NCBI GenBank assembly: GCA_023819145.1
Contig: JAMWCW010000005.1
Coordinates: 22,566-86,565, forward strand
Source: Candidatus Omnitrophota bacterium
GTDB taxonomy: Bacteria; Omnitrophota; Gorgyraeia; DTHP01
Direction of reading: 5' to 3'
Length of the DNA stretch: 64,000 nt
Position 1 is the stretch's first letter; each line of letters starts with the position of its first letter. Positions 29,727 to 38,752 of the stretch are shown here, piece after piece. A program made the position numbers and the translations under genes. The notes below the pieces were generated by a model. The model saw only the letters and a list, made by a program, of their open reading frames with translations. It was not told the origin of the DNA and searched no databases.

Positions 29727-31924
29727 GGAGTCTCTTTCAAAATAACCAGCGTTTCTGTCATTTCTTTATTCTTAATGAAGATAAGTTATGGGAAATCCGA
29801 GGGGCGAGTATCCATTCTACCCTTGATATAAAAAGAAAAGAATCTCCCGCGGGTTATTTCTTTGCCGCCCGGCTCTGGGATGAAGACTATATAAATGAAC
29901 TTGCACGTATAACCCGGACTAAGATTAAATTGGTTTTTTCTCCGAAAGAATCAATCGCCGCTTCTAAGGCCACGACCGCGAGAGGTTTAATCACCTTTTT
30001 TAGAAAACTTCCCTCCTGGGATAATCAGGCTGCGGCTTATCTACAAGTAGAGATAACATCTCCTTTTATTTTGGCGTTAGCAGGTATATTAAAAGGGGAT
30101 TTCTTTACGTTCATTATCTTTTTTGGATTCATATTTGTTGTCATTACCTTGGCAATTTTTAGATGGGTGAGTCATCCCCTGCGGCTAATTACCCGTGCCT
30201 TGAATAAAAACGACGCCGCCCATTTAGAACCTCTTAAGGACAATAAAGACGAATTTGGTGTTTTATCGCGCATTTTAACCCGATTTTTAAGCGAAAAGGA
30301 TGGATTACAATATGAAATTAATGAGCGCAAGAAAATAGAATCAATGCTGCGCGAAAGCGAAAGACGCTATCGGCTTCTGGCAGAAAACACCAAAGATATT
30401 ATCTGGACAACCGACCTGAAATTAAATTTTACTTATATTAGCCCCTCCTGCAAGGAAATCTTAGGTTATCTTCCGGAAGAGTTAATCAACCAGCCGGCAG
30501 GTAAAATCTTAAGCCCCACGAGTATTATAGAGGCAGGCAGGGTATTAAAAGAAGAATTGCTGCGAGAAATCTTGCCCCAAAAAGATTTAGGACGCTTCCG
30601 CCGGATAGAACTTGAACATATCCGCAAAGACGGCTCATCGGTTTTTTGTGAATTGATAGTGACATTTTTACGCGATGAAAAAGGCAAGGCAACAGGCATT
30701 CTGGGAGTCACCCGCGATATTACCGAGCGCCGCAGGATGGAGGAGGAATTAAGAGAAAGCGAGAGATCACTTCGTCAGGCGCAAAAACTGGCACATTTAG
30801 GAAGCTGGAAATATGTCCCTTCAGAAAATAAAACCATCTGGTCAGAAGAGATGTTTCATATTTACGGACTTACGCCAAAAGATGAGGCGCCCTCCTTTGA
30901 AGTTTTAAAAGAGATGGTTTATGAAGAAGACCGCCAGAATTGGCTTAAAATGTTAGATGCCGCCAGACATTCAGGCAGATTCCATAATTTTGAATACCGC
31001 ATTGTCAGACCCGATGGTCAGATTCGCTGGCTTTTGGCAGAACAGTCTATTCAGCCAAAGACCGATGATTCACCCCGGATAATTTATGGCACAGTGCTGG
31101 ACATAACCGAACGCAAGCGATACGAAGAAGAGTTGCTCGCAGCACACAACCGACTCAAATCCCTTCAAGAGCAACTTATTCAGGCGGAAAAATTGGAGGC
31201 GGTCGGTCGGCTTGCCGCCGGTGTTGCCCACGAGGTAAAAAATCCTTTAGGGATAATTTTACAGGCGGTTAATTATCTGGAAGAAAAATCAGCTTTAGGG
31301 AATCAGGAGATCCTGAAGATGATAAAAGATAATATCCGGCGGGCGGATAATATCATCAGTTCTTTAGTTGACTTCTCCCGTGCTACTAAGCTAACTTTGG
31401 CAGCCGAAAATATAAATGCGATATTGGAGAATTCAGTTAAACTTATTCAGCCACGGGTTAGATTGGAGAACATAGAAATAATTAGGCAATTTCAAGATAA
31501 ACTCCCTTTTGTTCTAGTTGATAGGATAAAGATGGAGCAGGTCTTTGTGAATATTTTGGTAAATGCGGTTGAGGCAATGCCCGAAGGCGGTAAGATTTAT
31601 TTACGTACCTACAAAAAGAGATTGGATAAACCTTCGTTGCGTATTGGAGACGAAAAAGAAGATTATTTTAGGATAAATGAAGACGCCGTCGTTGTGGAAA
31701 TAGAAGATACTGGTAAGGGGATTGCCGAGAGTGAATTAAAGGAAATCTTTGAGCCATTTTTTACCACCAAATGCCCTGACCATGGCACGGGTTTAGGTCT
31801 GGCGGTAAGCAAAAACATCATTGATTTGCATAAAGGGCTCATTGAGGTAAAAAGCAAAGTTGGCCAAGGCACCTGCGTAATTATTACCTTAAAGATAGCC
31901 GATACCCCTTCTCACACCTCGTAG
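29693..31924 (+). CDS. Sensor histidine kinase (rest of CHASE4, TM, 2 PAS/PAC, HisKA, HATPase), frameshifted from its N-terminus
   Basis: PAS motifs (YISPS...LGY.PEEL, RKDGS, RDITER; RPDGQIRW), AHEVKNP H-box, NAVEAM N-box, DTGKGI, FFTTK, GTGLGL. Confidence 0.9.
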   Translation: MWVPAFRKKALRSLFQNNQRFCHFFILNEDKLWEIRGASIHSTLDIKRKESPAGYFFAARLWDEDYINELARITRTKIKLVFSPKESIAASKATTARGLITFFRKLPSWDNQAAAYLQVEITSPFILALAGILKGDFFTFIIFFGFIFVVITLAIFRWVSHPLRLITRALNKNDAAHLEPLKDNKDEFGVLSRILTRFLSEKDGLQYEINERKKIESMLRESERRYRLLAENTKDIIWTTDLKLNFTYISPSCKEILGYLPEELINQPAGKILSPTSIIEAGRVLKEELLREILPQKDLGRFRRIELEHIRKDGSSVFCELIVTFLRDEKGKATGILGVTRDITERRRMEEELRESERSLRQAQKLAHLGSWKYVPSENKTIWSEEMFHIYGLTPKDEAPSFEVLKEMVYEEDRQNWLKMLDAARHSGRFHNFEYRIVRPDGQIRWLLAEQSIQPKTDDSPRIIYGTVLDITERKRYEEELLAAHNRLKSLQEQLIQAEKLEAVGRLAAGVAHEVKNPLGIILQAVNYLEEKSALGNQEILKMIKDNIRRADNIISSLVDFSRATKLTLAAENINAILENSVKLIQPRVRLENIEIIRQFQDKLPFVLVDRIKMEQVFVNILVNAVEAMPEGGKIYLRTYKKRLDKPSLRIGDEKEDYFRINEDAVVVEIEDTGKGIAESELKEIFEPFFTTKCPDHGTGLGLAVSKNIIDLHKGLIEVKSKVGQGTCVIITLKIADTPSHTS

Positions 31925-31951
31925 GTGTGTAAGGTTAAAAAAGGAGGCGCG

Positions 31952-32347
31952 ATGCCGAAAAAAATAAGGGTCTTGGTGGTCGATGATGAAGAGGATTTTT
32001 TAAGAATCGCAAAATTAAATCTGGAAGAATCAGGAAGATTTGAGGTCATGACCCTGACAAGCGCCAAGAATCTAATCGAAAATGTGCATATCTTTAAACC
32101 GGATTTAATTCTTATGGATTTAATTATGCCGGGAATCGGCGGCATTGAGGCATGTGAGATGTTAAATAACGACCCCTTGGGTCAAAAGATTCCGATCATT
32201 GTTCTTTCTGCTTTAGATAAAGACGCTGATAAACTGGCTGCCTATAAAAAGGGTGCGGTGGGCTATCTGACAAAGCCGATAGAAAAGAAGGATTTGATTG
32301 CCAAGATCGAAAAAGCCCTGTCAACCAAAATAAAAGATACGCCTTAG
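31952..32347 (+). CDS. Single-domain response regulator (CheY-like receiver)
   Basis: VLVVDDE, PDLILMDLIMPG..G, LSA, YLTKP; ATG 31952 after AAGGAGG. Confidence 0.93.
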   Translation: MPKKIRVLVVDDEEDFLRIAKLNLEESGRFEVMTLTSAKNLIENVHIFKPDLILMDLIMPGIGGIEACEMLNNDPLGQKIPIIVLSALDKDADKLAAYKKGAVGYLTKPIEKKDLIAKIEKALSTKIKDTP

Positions 32348-32426
32348 GAAGAAAGAGGCCGCGGATAAGAAAAAGATAATGTCAACCGAAGCCAGAACTT
32401 CTGTAAATAACTTTCTTAAGGAAGAT

Positions 32427-32640
32427 CTAATCTACCGTTAGCTTAGGATTTTGTGCGCTGTATTTATAGGCGTTCGTCGCCGTTTCCTCGCTTATCTTAA
32501 AGGTCCTTGCTATTGCCTTAGGCGATGTTCCAGCACAAAGGCAATTCTTCTATTTTTTTTGCCAATTTTTGATATAATGGGTTTTGTTTAAGCGCTTGGA
32601 TTATAATTTTTACCACGATTTCTTATGCCGTGCGGATTGG
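32427..32640 (-). pseudogene. Degraded small helix-turn-helix gene remnant
   Basis: Minus-strand pieces PIRTA*EIVVKIIIQALKQNPLYQKLAKKIEEL and, after a frameshift, GTSPKAIARTFKISEETATNAYKY show an HTH-like pattern. Confidence 0.35.
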
Positions 32641-32703
32641 TTTATTAGTTGTAGAAAAGTTCTAGAATTTTTCTGTTAAGCAAGTTTCATAAGGAGAATA
32701 AAG

Positions 32704-33709
32704 ATGGATAGAGGAAGGATTGCTATAGAGAATGAAATTTTAGATAAATTAGCGGGAAAGGTTTTTTGCTGCAGGACCTTACGAATAAGCGCGACGTTAT
32801 TTTTCAAGTTTTTATGGAAGTTTATAATTCTTCCTCTTGTCAGGCGTTTATGAAGAGAACGGGAGGATTGGAATTAGAGAAATTTTTTAACGAATTTATG
32901 TCCTACGGAATAATCGAGGAATTTTTACGCGATCCGGAAGTGGAAGATATAATGATAAATTACCTGTCTCCTATATAGGTGCATAAGACGCGGCAGGATA
33001 TGATTGCTACGGATAAAAAATTTTCTTCGCGTGAAGAATTAGAATTATTTATTAAAAAACTGGTTATCTTTTCCGGAAGAAAGCATATTGGCAAGATAAA
33101 TAACGTGTAATTGGCGGAGATAAAGGGGAGGGCAATATTGCGTATTCTCCTTTTGGGCCGCAGATCACTATTACCCGTGCTAAAGAAAAACCGCTGAGCA
33201 TCATAGAATTAATCAAAAGTGAGACTTTAAGTTTAAATCTAGCAGCGCAGCTTTGGCTGTATGTGGAGGGGCTAAATGTTAAACCGGCAAATATAATTAT
33301 TGCCGGAGGGCCCGGGTCAGGCAAGACCACGCTTCTTAATGCGCTTTTTAGTTTTATTCCTGCTAAAGAAAGAATTATAGTTATAGAAGATACATTACGT
33401 ATGCGCCCTGATAGAGTAATTGTCGGAGAGGTGCGAGGCAAGGAGGCACAGGATTTAATGACAGCGATGAATATTGGCAAGTATTGCATGGGGACATTGC
33501 ATGCTTCCACGCCTAGAGAAACGGTAATACGGCTTGAAAGCGAGCCGATGAATGTGCCCAGTGTATTAGTAAATTTAGTGGATGTCTTTGTTGTTATGCG
33601 CCGTTATAAGATAGACGGGGAAATTAAACGCGTTATAGGTGAAGTAGCCGAAACTGCCTTTCTAGAGGGGACTTCCGACGGTTATGCCCAGTTTGGGATA
33701 ACCTGGTAA
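32704..33709 (+). pseudogene. TadA/CpaF (VirB11-family) secretion/pilus ATPase pseudogene
   Basis: ATG 32704 after AAGGAG; frameshift at the T-run near 32762; in-frame stops at 32976 and 33108; YG.IE.FL.DP.VEDIMIN, GGPGSGKTT, RMRPDRVIVGEVRG, TLHA motifs; internal deletion between EDTL and RMRPDR; truncated C-terminus. Confidence 0.88.
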
Positions 33710-33731
33710 AAGGGCGATTCGGAGTAAGTAT

Positions 33732-33767
33732 AAAAGGCGGAGAAAATTCTTCTCCGCCTTTTGTTTT
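33732..33767. terminator. Rho-independent terminator, potentially bidirectional
   Basis: AAAAGGCGGAGAA-AATTC-TTCTCCGCCTTTT followed by GTTTT. Confidence 0.8.
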
Positions 33768-34170
33768 GAGGATAATCTTTAAGTTTAATCCCCTATAAGC
33801 TGTAGCTAACCTTACTTAAGTAATTTATCTTCAGAGTCTTAAGTAAGATACCCTCTCAAAAGTTTACACCCTGAACCAAAAGTATACACTTTTAAGCAAG
33901 CGGTATCTCACCCTGTTTCCTATTCCAGCCGTCCTGAGTAAGAAACCCTTTCTTGGCCTCACCGTAGTAATCCGAACCGAGGATAAAGTTTATTCCTATC
34001 TCAGGAAAGCACACACTTTGTAATTTTTTAGATGTTCACTTAATAACTTCTTTTCCCCATTGGAAACCACCACATATCTAATATATGATTATATAGCCTC
34101 GCAGATTTCACACACTAAATAAGGGGCAATGTCAACAAAAAACTTTTATAAAGAAAAAAATAATTCCCCC

Positions 34171-34199
34171 TTGACAATTTAGGAAAAGTATGCTATAAT
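34171..34199 (+). promoter_or_regulatory. Consensus sigma70 promoter with extended -10
   Basis: TTGACA(34171-76)-17-TATAAT(34194-99) with TGn. Confidence 0.85.
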
Positions 34200-34223
34200 T
34201 AGTTTGGAAGTTTTAAAAAGGGA

Positions 34224-34280
34224 GCCGGCCTAAAGTAATTCCGGTGCAAGGTAGCCGGGGTATTATACGGTTATCCCGGC
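34224..34280 (+). ncRNA. Candidate structured 5' leader with mutually exclusive hairpins, resembling the P3 arm of the c-di-GMP-I riboswitch
   Basis: GC-rich patch CCGGCCTAAA-GTAATTCCGGTGC-AAGGTAGCCGGGG followed by TATCCCGGC, inside an AT-rich UTR. Confidence 0.35.
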
Positions 34281-34331
34281 GAAGGAGATAGATGTGCAGA
34301 GAAACAAGTTTAACCAAAAAGAAGGTGTAAG

Positions 34332-35894
34332 ATGAAGAAGTTATTAATGGTTACAATTTTACTAGCAGGGTTGGCGAATTTAAGTAGCTTAACTTTGATT
34401 AGAATAACAGATGCTTATTTTCCTCCTCTTGGAGGAAAATTAGGTCAAATTCCTCTCTTGGGAAACGATCCCCCTGAATTACCGTTGATGGTACCAACTT
34501 CTTCTCAGGATACTACACATTTACCAGAACCCTCAGTTTCCGAAAATGAGAGGATTTTTTATTGGAAACGAACTTATTTGACTATAGGTGGATATGGTGT
34601 TGAAAATATAGGATTTTATACTGAAATTTTGCCAATTTTTTATGAAATAATATATTCACAAGAAAATTCTGAGAGATGTATATCCTTACTACCTGTTTTG
34701 TCTCGGGTATTGCCTCTGTCAATGAGCTTAATGATTGACACAGTCAATGAGGTTGTGGCACTTGTGCACATATTAAAGGTAGTTGCAGAAAACACTGCAA
34801 ATGATAAGGAGGCTTGTGAAGTTTTTAACGAAGCTTGGAGAAACATAGATTTACATGATATTGATATGTTAGGGAGTATGGATAGATATATTTCAAGTAA
34901 ATTTAGGACAGAATCCTCACCATCTATTCCTCCCTATATTGAAACAGCCTTGGTCTGGATTTTGAAAGGAGCTTTTGCAGAAGAATATAGAAGAGATATG
35001 GATGCAGAAGATTGCTATCAATATGCGATTGCTTGGCTTAAGCGTGGATTGGGCTTAGATATTGGTAACATAGGTTCTGAAGAAGAACAGCAAAAACTCG
35101 AAGAATATTTCTCAAATGATACAAACCTAGACTTAATGGGGAAGATTTATGGGATTATGCTTGCAACTGCTTACAAAAATTTAGCTCGTTGTTATTTTTC
35201 CGTTTGTTCAAAAAATAAGGAAACCTTAGAAAAATCATTACAGATAGCAAAAAGTGCTAAAGTAATATTGGAGGCAAGTAAGGGAAAGATTTTCTTTACG
35301 AACTCGGCAGTATATTTTAATATAGCTCAAATATATAATAATCTCTGGACCTTAGCAGAGACTGAAGAAGAAAGACAATATTACTTAGAAAATGCTACAG
35401 ATTATTATTTAAGAAGTTTGGAATCTTTGAGATTCAAATTAGATGAGTACGTTGACTTATTCTGGTATCATTTTTGCCGTAACGACTTATTAGTCTCTGC
35501 CTATTTTACTCTTGGAGAAAAGTTTAAGGAAAGAATATTAATGGCAATTGCAAACAGTATGAGATTAGAGAAAAATGGGAGATATATGGAAATAAATAGC
35601 GAAGTATTTTCCGTCTTAATTAAAAATCCTAAAATATTCAAAGATCTTTTAGATTCTCCTTATATTAATAACGATCTTTTAGTAATGAGAAGTAGTTATA
35701 GTGGTGTTGGATTTGCTTCTAGTGATAATTGGCTACAATTGTTGAAAGCTCTTTTTAAAAGCGATGTTTTCCCTACTGAAGAAGTTGCTATAGAGTGGGC
35801 AAGCAATAATCCCTATATACAATTTTTGGTGGGAAGATATAAAAAGATATTTTCTGATACTTCATATTTTGTAAAGGCTCTGAGGTCTTTCTAG
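34332..35894 (+). CDS. Putative secreted helical/TPR-like orphan protein
   Basis: MKK plus hydrophobic signal-like N-terminus, Pro-rich linker, TPR-like helices (AYKNLARCY, VYFNIAQIY, A.DYYLRSL). Confidence 0.6.
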   Translation: MKKLLMVTILLAGLANLSSLTLIRITDAYFPPLGGKLGQIPLLGNDPPELPLMVPTSSQDTTHLPEPSVSENERIFYWKRTYLTIGGYGVENIGFYTEILPIFYEIIYSQENSERCISLLPVLSRVLPLSMSLMIDTVNEVVALVHILKVVAENTANDKEACEVFNEAWRNIDLHDIDMLGSMDRYISSKFRTESSPSIPPYIETALVWILKGAFAEEYRRDMDAEDCYQYAIAWLKRGLGLDIGNIGSEEEQQKLEEYFSNDTNLDLMGKIYGIMLATAYKNLARCYFSVCSKNKETLEKSLQIAKSAKVILEASKGKIFFTNSAVYFNIAQIYNNLWTLAETEEERQYYLENATDYYLRSLESLRFKLDEYVDLFWYHFCRNDLLVSAYFTLGEKFKERILMAIANSMRLEKNGRYMEINSEVFSVLIKNPKIFKDLLDSPYINNDLLVMRSSYSGVGFASSDNWLQLLKALFKSDVFPTEEVAIEWASNNPYIQFLVGRYKKIFSDTSYFVKALRSF

Positions 35895-36087
35895 AAAATA
35901 AAAATAAAATAGTGTGTATAAAAGTTATTCTTCGCGAATTAACTAAAAGATTTTAAAAGTTTGATAATAAGGAAAACAATCGGAATAACAATAGTAAGAG
36001 TAAGGGTGGTTTTTATTATAAATTTTATTTGGCACGGCCAGGAAGAGAGGATATTTAAAATTTAATTAATAAATAAAGGAGGAAGAG

Positions 36088-37275
36088 ATGAGAGGAAATA
36101 TTTTATATTTAGGGTTCTTGGCGGTAGTAGTATTAGCGATGTTAGAAGCTCGTAGTTTAGCTCAAGAAACATCCATCCTGAAAAAAAAGAAAGAGAAAGA
36201 AAATCCTAGAGATATAGAGCCAATTTTATCTTCCGATAATAATGGTAGGCAAGGATTGGATACTCTTTTTGCTCTACTACAACAACTACAACAACCAAAA
36301 GATTCGGATAGAGAATGGCAACAAAAAAGCGTTAGTCTGAAACCCGAAGAACAAATTTCTGTTGCTGATTTAATAAATGGCCTTGTCTTGTCTAACAATC
36401 GAGCTATTATTCACGAAAGTAATACTTTAGTAATGGAATATTATAAATCCAGTTTTAGTGGAAAAAGCTATATCTATATATATATTCGACCTCCTATAAT
36501 GGAAACTTCTATGGTTACCTTAGTAGTAGATGCTAATACTTTGAAGATAATAGAGGTTTTAGCATTTAAGCCAAGAGGTATAGTAGCTGTAAAATTAGAT
36601 TCTGATCCTGATATGCCACTACGTGACTGGATTTGGAAAGTTTTAGATTTACCAAAAGTAACTCCTGAAATGTTAACCCGAGTCCAACTATGGGAGGATG
36701 CGCTGCAAAGACATAACGCTGAGCTTGCAGAAATAGTTCCCCAGAAGGATCGTATTCGTTTACCAATGTTTCTCCCCCCTAACGGAAGTTATGTTACAGT
36801 GTTACAAAGAGAAGCAGGAATTACTAGTGCTGAGACTAACCAGCCCTATTTACTTACTTTTGGAGCTGGGCCTTGTGTTATTGTTACATTATACGATCCC
36901 AACACAAAAATTGGTACATTAATTCATTTTGATGCAATTTCAGATATCAGAGGAGCACTGGGAAAGGTAATATACCATATGAAAATAAACGGAGCAAATA
37001 TTGAAAGACTGGAAGCAAGAATAATCGGTGGAAATACAGGTTCTTCTGAGGAATTGATCTACCAGATTTATAAAGCATTAGAATCAATTGGAGGGATACA
37101 GATTGTAGAAAAAGATATCTTGGGTTTTGAATCACGTTCAATTATCATGGATACTAACACAGGCGAGATTTATGATCTGGTAGGAACTCCTTTTGTTGAT
37201 CCCCTTAGACTTCAATTGATGGCGATAAATTTGTCTCCTGAAGTTGTATTAGTGAGAGAAGGGTTGATAAAGTAA
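36088..37275 (+). CDS. Putative secreted protein with a C-terminal CheD/CNF1/YfiH-fold (Cys-His) deamidase-like domain
   Basis: Signal peptide (..SLA|QE), AAGGAGG RBS; TFGAGPCVIVTLYDPNTKIGTLIHFD and ARIIGG resemble CheD motifs, with Cys-His spacing 17. Confidence 0.7.
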   Translation: MRGNILYLGFLAVVVLAMLEARSLAQETSILKKKKEKENPRDIEPILSSDNNGRQGLDTLFALLQQLQQPKDSDREWQQKSVSLKPEEQISVADLINGLVLSNNRAIIHESNTLVMEYYKSSFSGKSYIYIYIRPPIMETSMVTLVVDANTLKIIEVLAFKPRGIVAVKLDSDPDMPLRDWIWKVLDLPKVTPEMLTRVQLWEDALQRHNAELAEIVPQKDRIRLPMFLPPNGSYVTVLQREAGITSAETNQPYLLTFGAGPCVIVTLYDPNTKIGTLIHFDAISDIRGALGKVIYHMKINGANIERLEARIIGGNTGSSEELIYQIYKALESIGGIQIVEKDILGFESRSIIMDTNTGEIYDLVGTPFVDPLRLQLMAINLSPEVVLVREGLIK

Positions 37276-37549
37276 AGTGCTAAAACAGGTTTAATTCAAG
37301 TGGTTCCTACAAGTAAACTTTTGTTTCTAATCGGAAACGGAAATTGCTCAAGGAATATCTTGTCTAATATCTTTATTAGTAGTAACTTACACACCTTCCG
37401 TCTCTAAAGAAACTGATATGTAAAATAATTTTACTCTTCGGGAACGCGCATCTCTCTCCTTAATTGTGTCTTTTAGCACCTCTATAGCATAAGTATCTGT
37501 AATTACTGGAGTTAAATCTTAGACAAAACCTGTTTATTTCTCTAAATTT

Positions 37550-37566
37550 CTGGCACAATTCTTGCT
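37550..37566 (+). promoter_or_regulatory. Sigma54 (-24/-12) promoter motif
   Basis: CTGGCACAATTCTTGCT matches YTGGCACR-N4-TTGCW with correct GG-N10-GC spacing. Confidence 0.6.
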
Positions 37567-37589
37567 AAAGAATAAAATAGAAGCACACC

Positions 37590-37618
37590 TTGACAAAAAG
37601 AGAAATATGTGGTATAAT
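37590..37618 (+). promoter_or_regulatory. Consensus sigma70 promoter with extended -10
   Basis: TTGACA(37590-95)-17-TATAAT(37613-18) with TGn. Confidence 0.85.
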
Positions 37619-37681
37619 TTATATAAAAAGAAAAAGGAAAACGACTTAAATAAGGTATAAATATATTTATTTTTTTGTCCA

Positions 37682-38752
37682 ATGATTAAAGAGTTTAAAA
37701 AAGTTGTTAGGAAATTGCGAGAACCTAAAAGCCTAAGCTGGCTTATAGTTGTTATTTTATTAGCGATAATAACCAATCCCGTATTAGCCCAAGATTGGCC
37801 ATTTGGACCAAGTTTCTTAGATATTGTGCCTGTGAGTCCGATAAACCAATATATAGGATATAAAATTGTTTCAGGTATGGGTGAGGAATTTACAGCAAAA
37901 TATTTAACTAATCTAGCAGAAACTTATCCGGGTAGAGTATACATAAAACCATACAGAGGTCCATATGAAGGAGAAACAGTAGAGGTTTTACCGGAATATA
38001 AGCCTTACGGAGATATGGATATCCGTTGGAAATTAGCCCACCCGTGGCCGTGGATTTGGGGTGACTATTATGTAAAAATACGAAGAGTTAATGGTGAAGA
38101 GGATTGGTGTAATGTTAATAAAGACTGGGACAAGGTTATTTGGGTTCCTCGGACATTTGAACAAAGTAAAACAACCATAAGTAATTTATCCCATAATCCT
38201 GATATGCCTCATACCTTTGAAGAAAGAGGGATGAGACGCCCCCCAAAAGTTTCTGAGTTACCAAAACTCTATCTAGAAGCTGCTTCGGTTCGAGCTTTTT
38301 GGGCAAATGGTCGGGGTCTTACTGATAGAAAACTTGAGTTAATTTGGGAAGAGGCACAGAAGACAGCTATTTATAAAAAGGGTAGCTATCCTTTTGGAGA
38401 AGAAGATAAAATAGGAGACCTTGGGTTTAAAATTGATCCTTTTATTCTATTAGCGATCCTCGGAGCAGAAGGAACTGGTTCATTTGATACTAATAATAGC
38501 CTGCCGGACGATGATTTTATAAGAGATTTAGCCAAAGCAGGTAATCTTTTGAGGCAGTTAATCAAAGCTTGGATAGATAATGGTAAACCAGGTGATTGGT
38601 TACATTGGGTTTGGCGGGGAAACGCGGGTTCGAAATTTATAGGAGGATATGCGGAGGGGGAAGAGTGGTATAGAAATGTAAGATCCATGTACGACTATAG
38701 GCTTCAATACAATGAGGACGAATTAAGACGATTGATGGCAGATAGACGTTAA
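37682..38752 (+). CDS. Putative secreted protein with a C-terminal lysozyme-like (SLT/glucosaminidase-like) domain
   Basis: Signal peptide (..VLA|QD); IDPFILLAILGAEGT resembles the catalytic-Glu helix; YAEGEEWYRNV resembles the YA.D..W..KV motif. Confidence 0.5.
   Translation: MIKEFKKVVRKLREPKSLSWLIVVILLAIITNPVLAQDWPFGPSFLDIVPVSPINQYIGYKIVSGMGEEFTAKYLTNLAETYPGRVYIKPYRGPYEGETVEVLPEYKPYGDMDIRWKLAHPWPWIWGDYYVKIRRVNGEEDWCNVNKDWDKVIWVPRTFEQSKTTISNLSHNPDMPHTFEERGMRRPPKVSELPKLYLEAASVRAFWANGRGLTDRKLELIWEEAQKTAIYKKGSYPFGEEDKIGDLGFKIDPFILLAILGAEGTGSFDTNNSLPDDDFIRDLAKAGNLLRQLIKAWIDNGKPGDWLHWVWRGNAGSKFIGGYAEGEEWYRNVRSMYDYRLQYNEDELRRLMADRR

Noticed and set aside
33263-33709. Intact 148-aa ATPase gene
   Set aside because: It is a fragment of the longer TadA pseudogene, with upstream stops and an internal deletion.
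33780-34100. Possible winged-helix gene remnant on the minus strand (RKGFLLRTAGIGNRVRYRL)
   Set aside because: Too short and interrupted to support a call.
36029-36045. TTGGCACG as a sigma54 promoter for the deamidase-like gene
   Set aside because: Only the -24 half is present; there is no GC at the -12 position.
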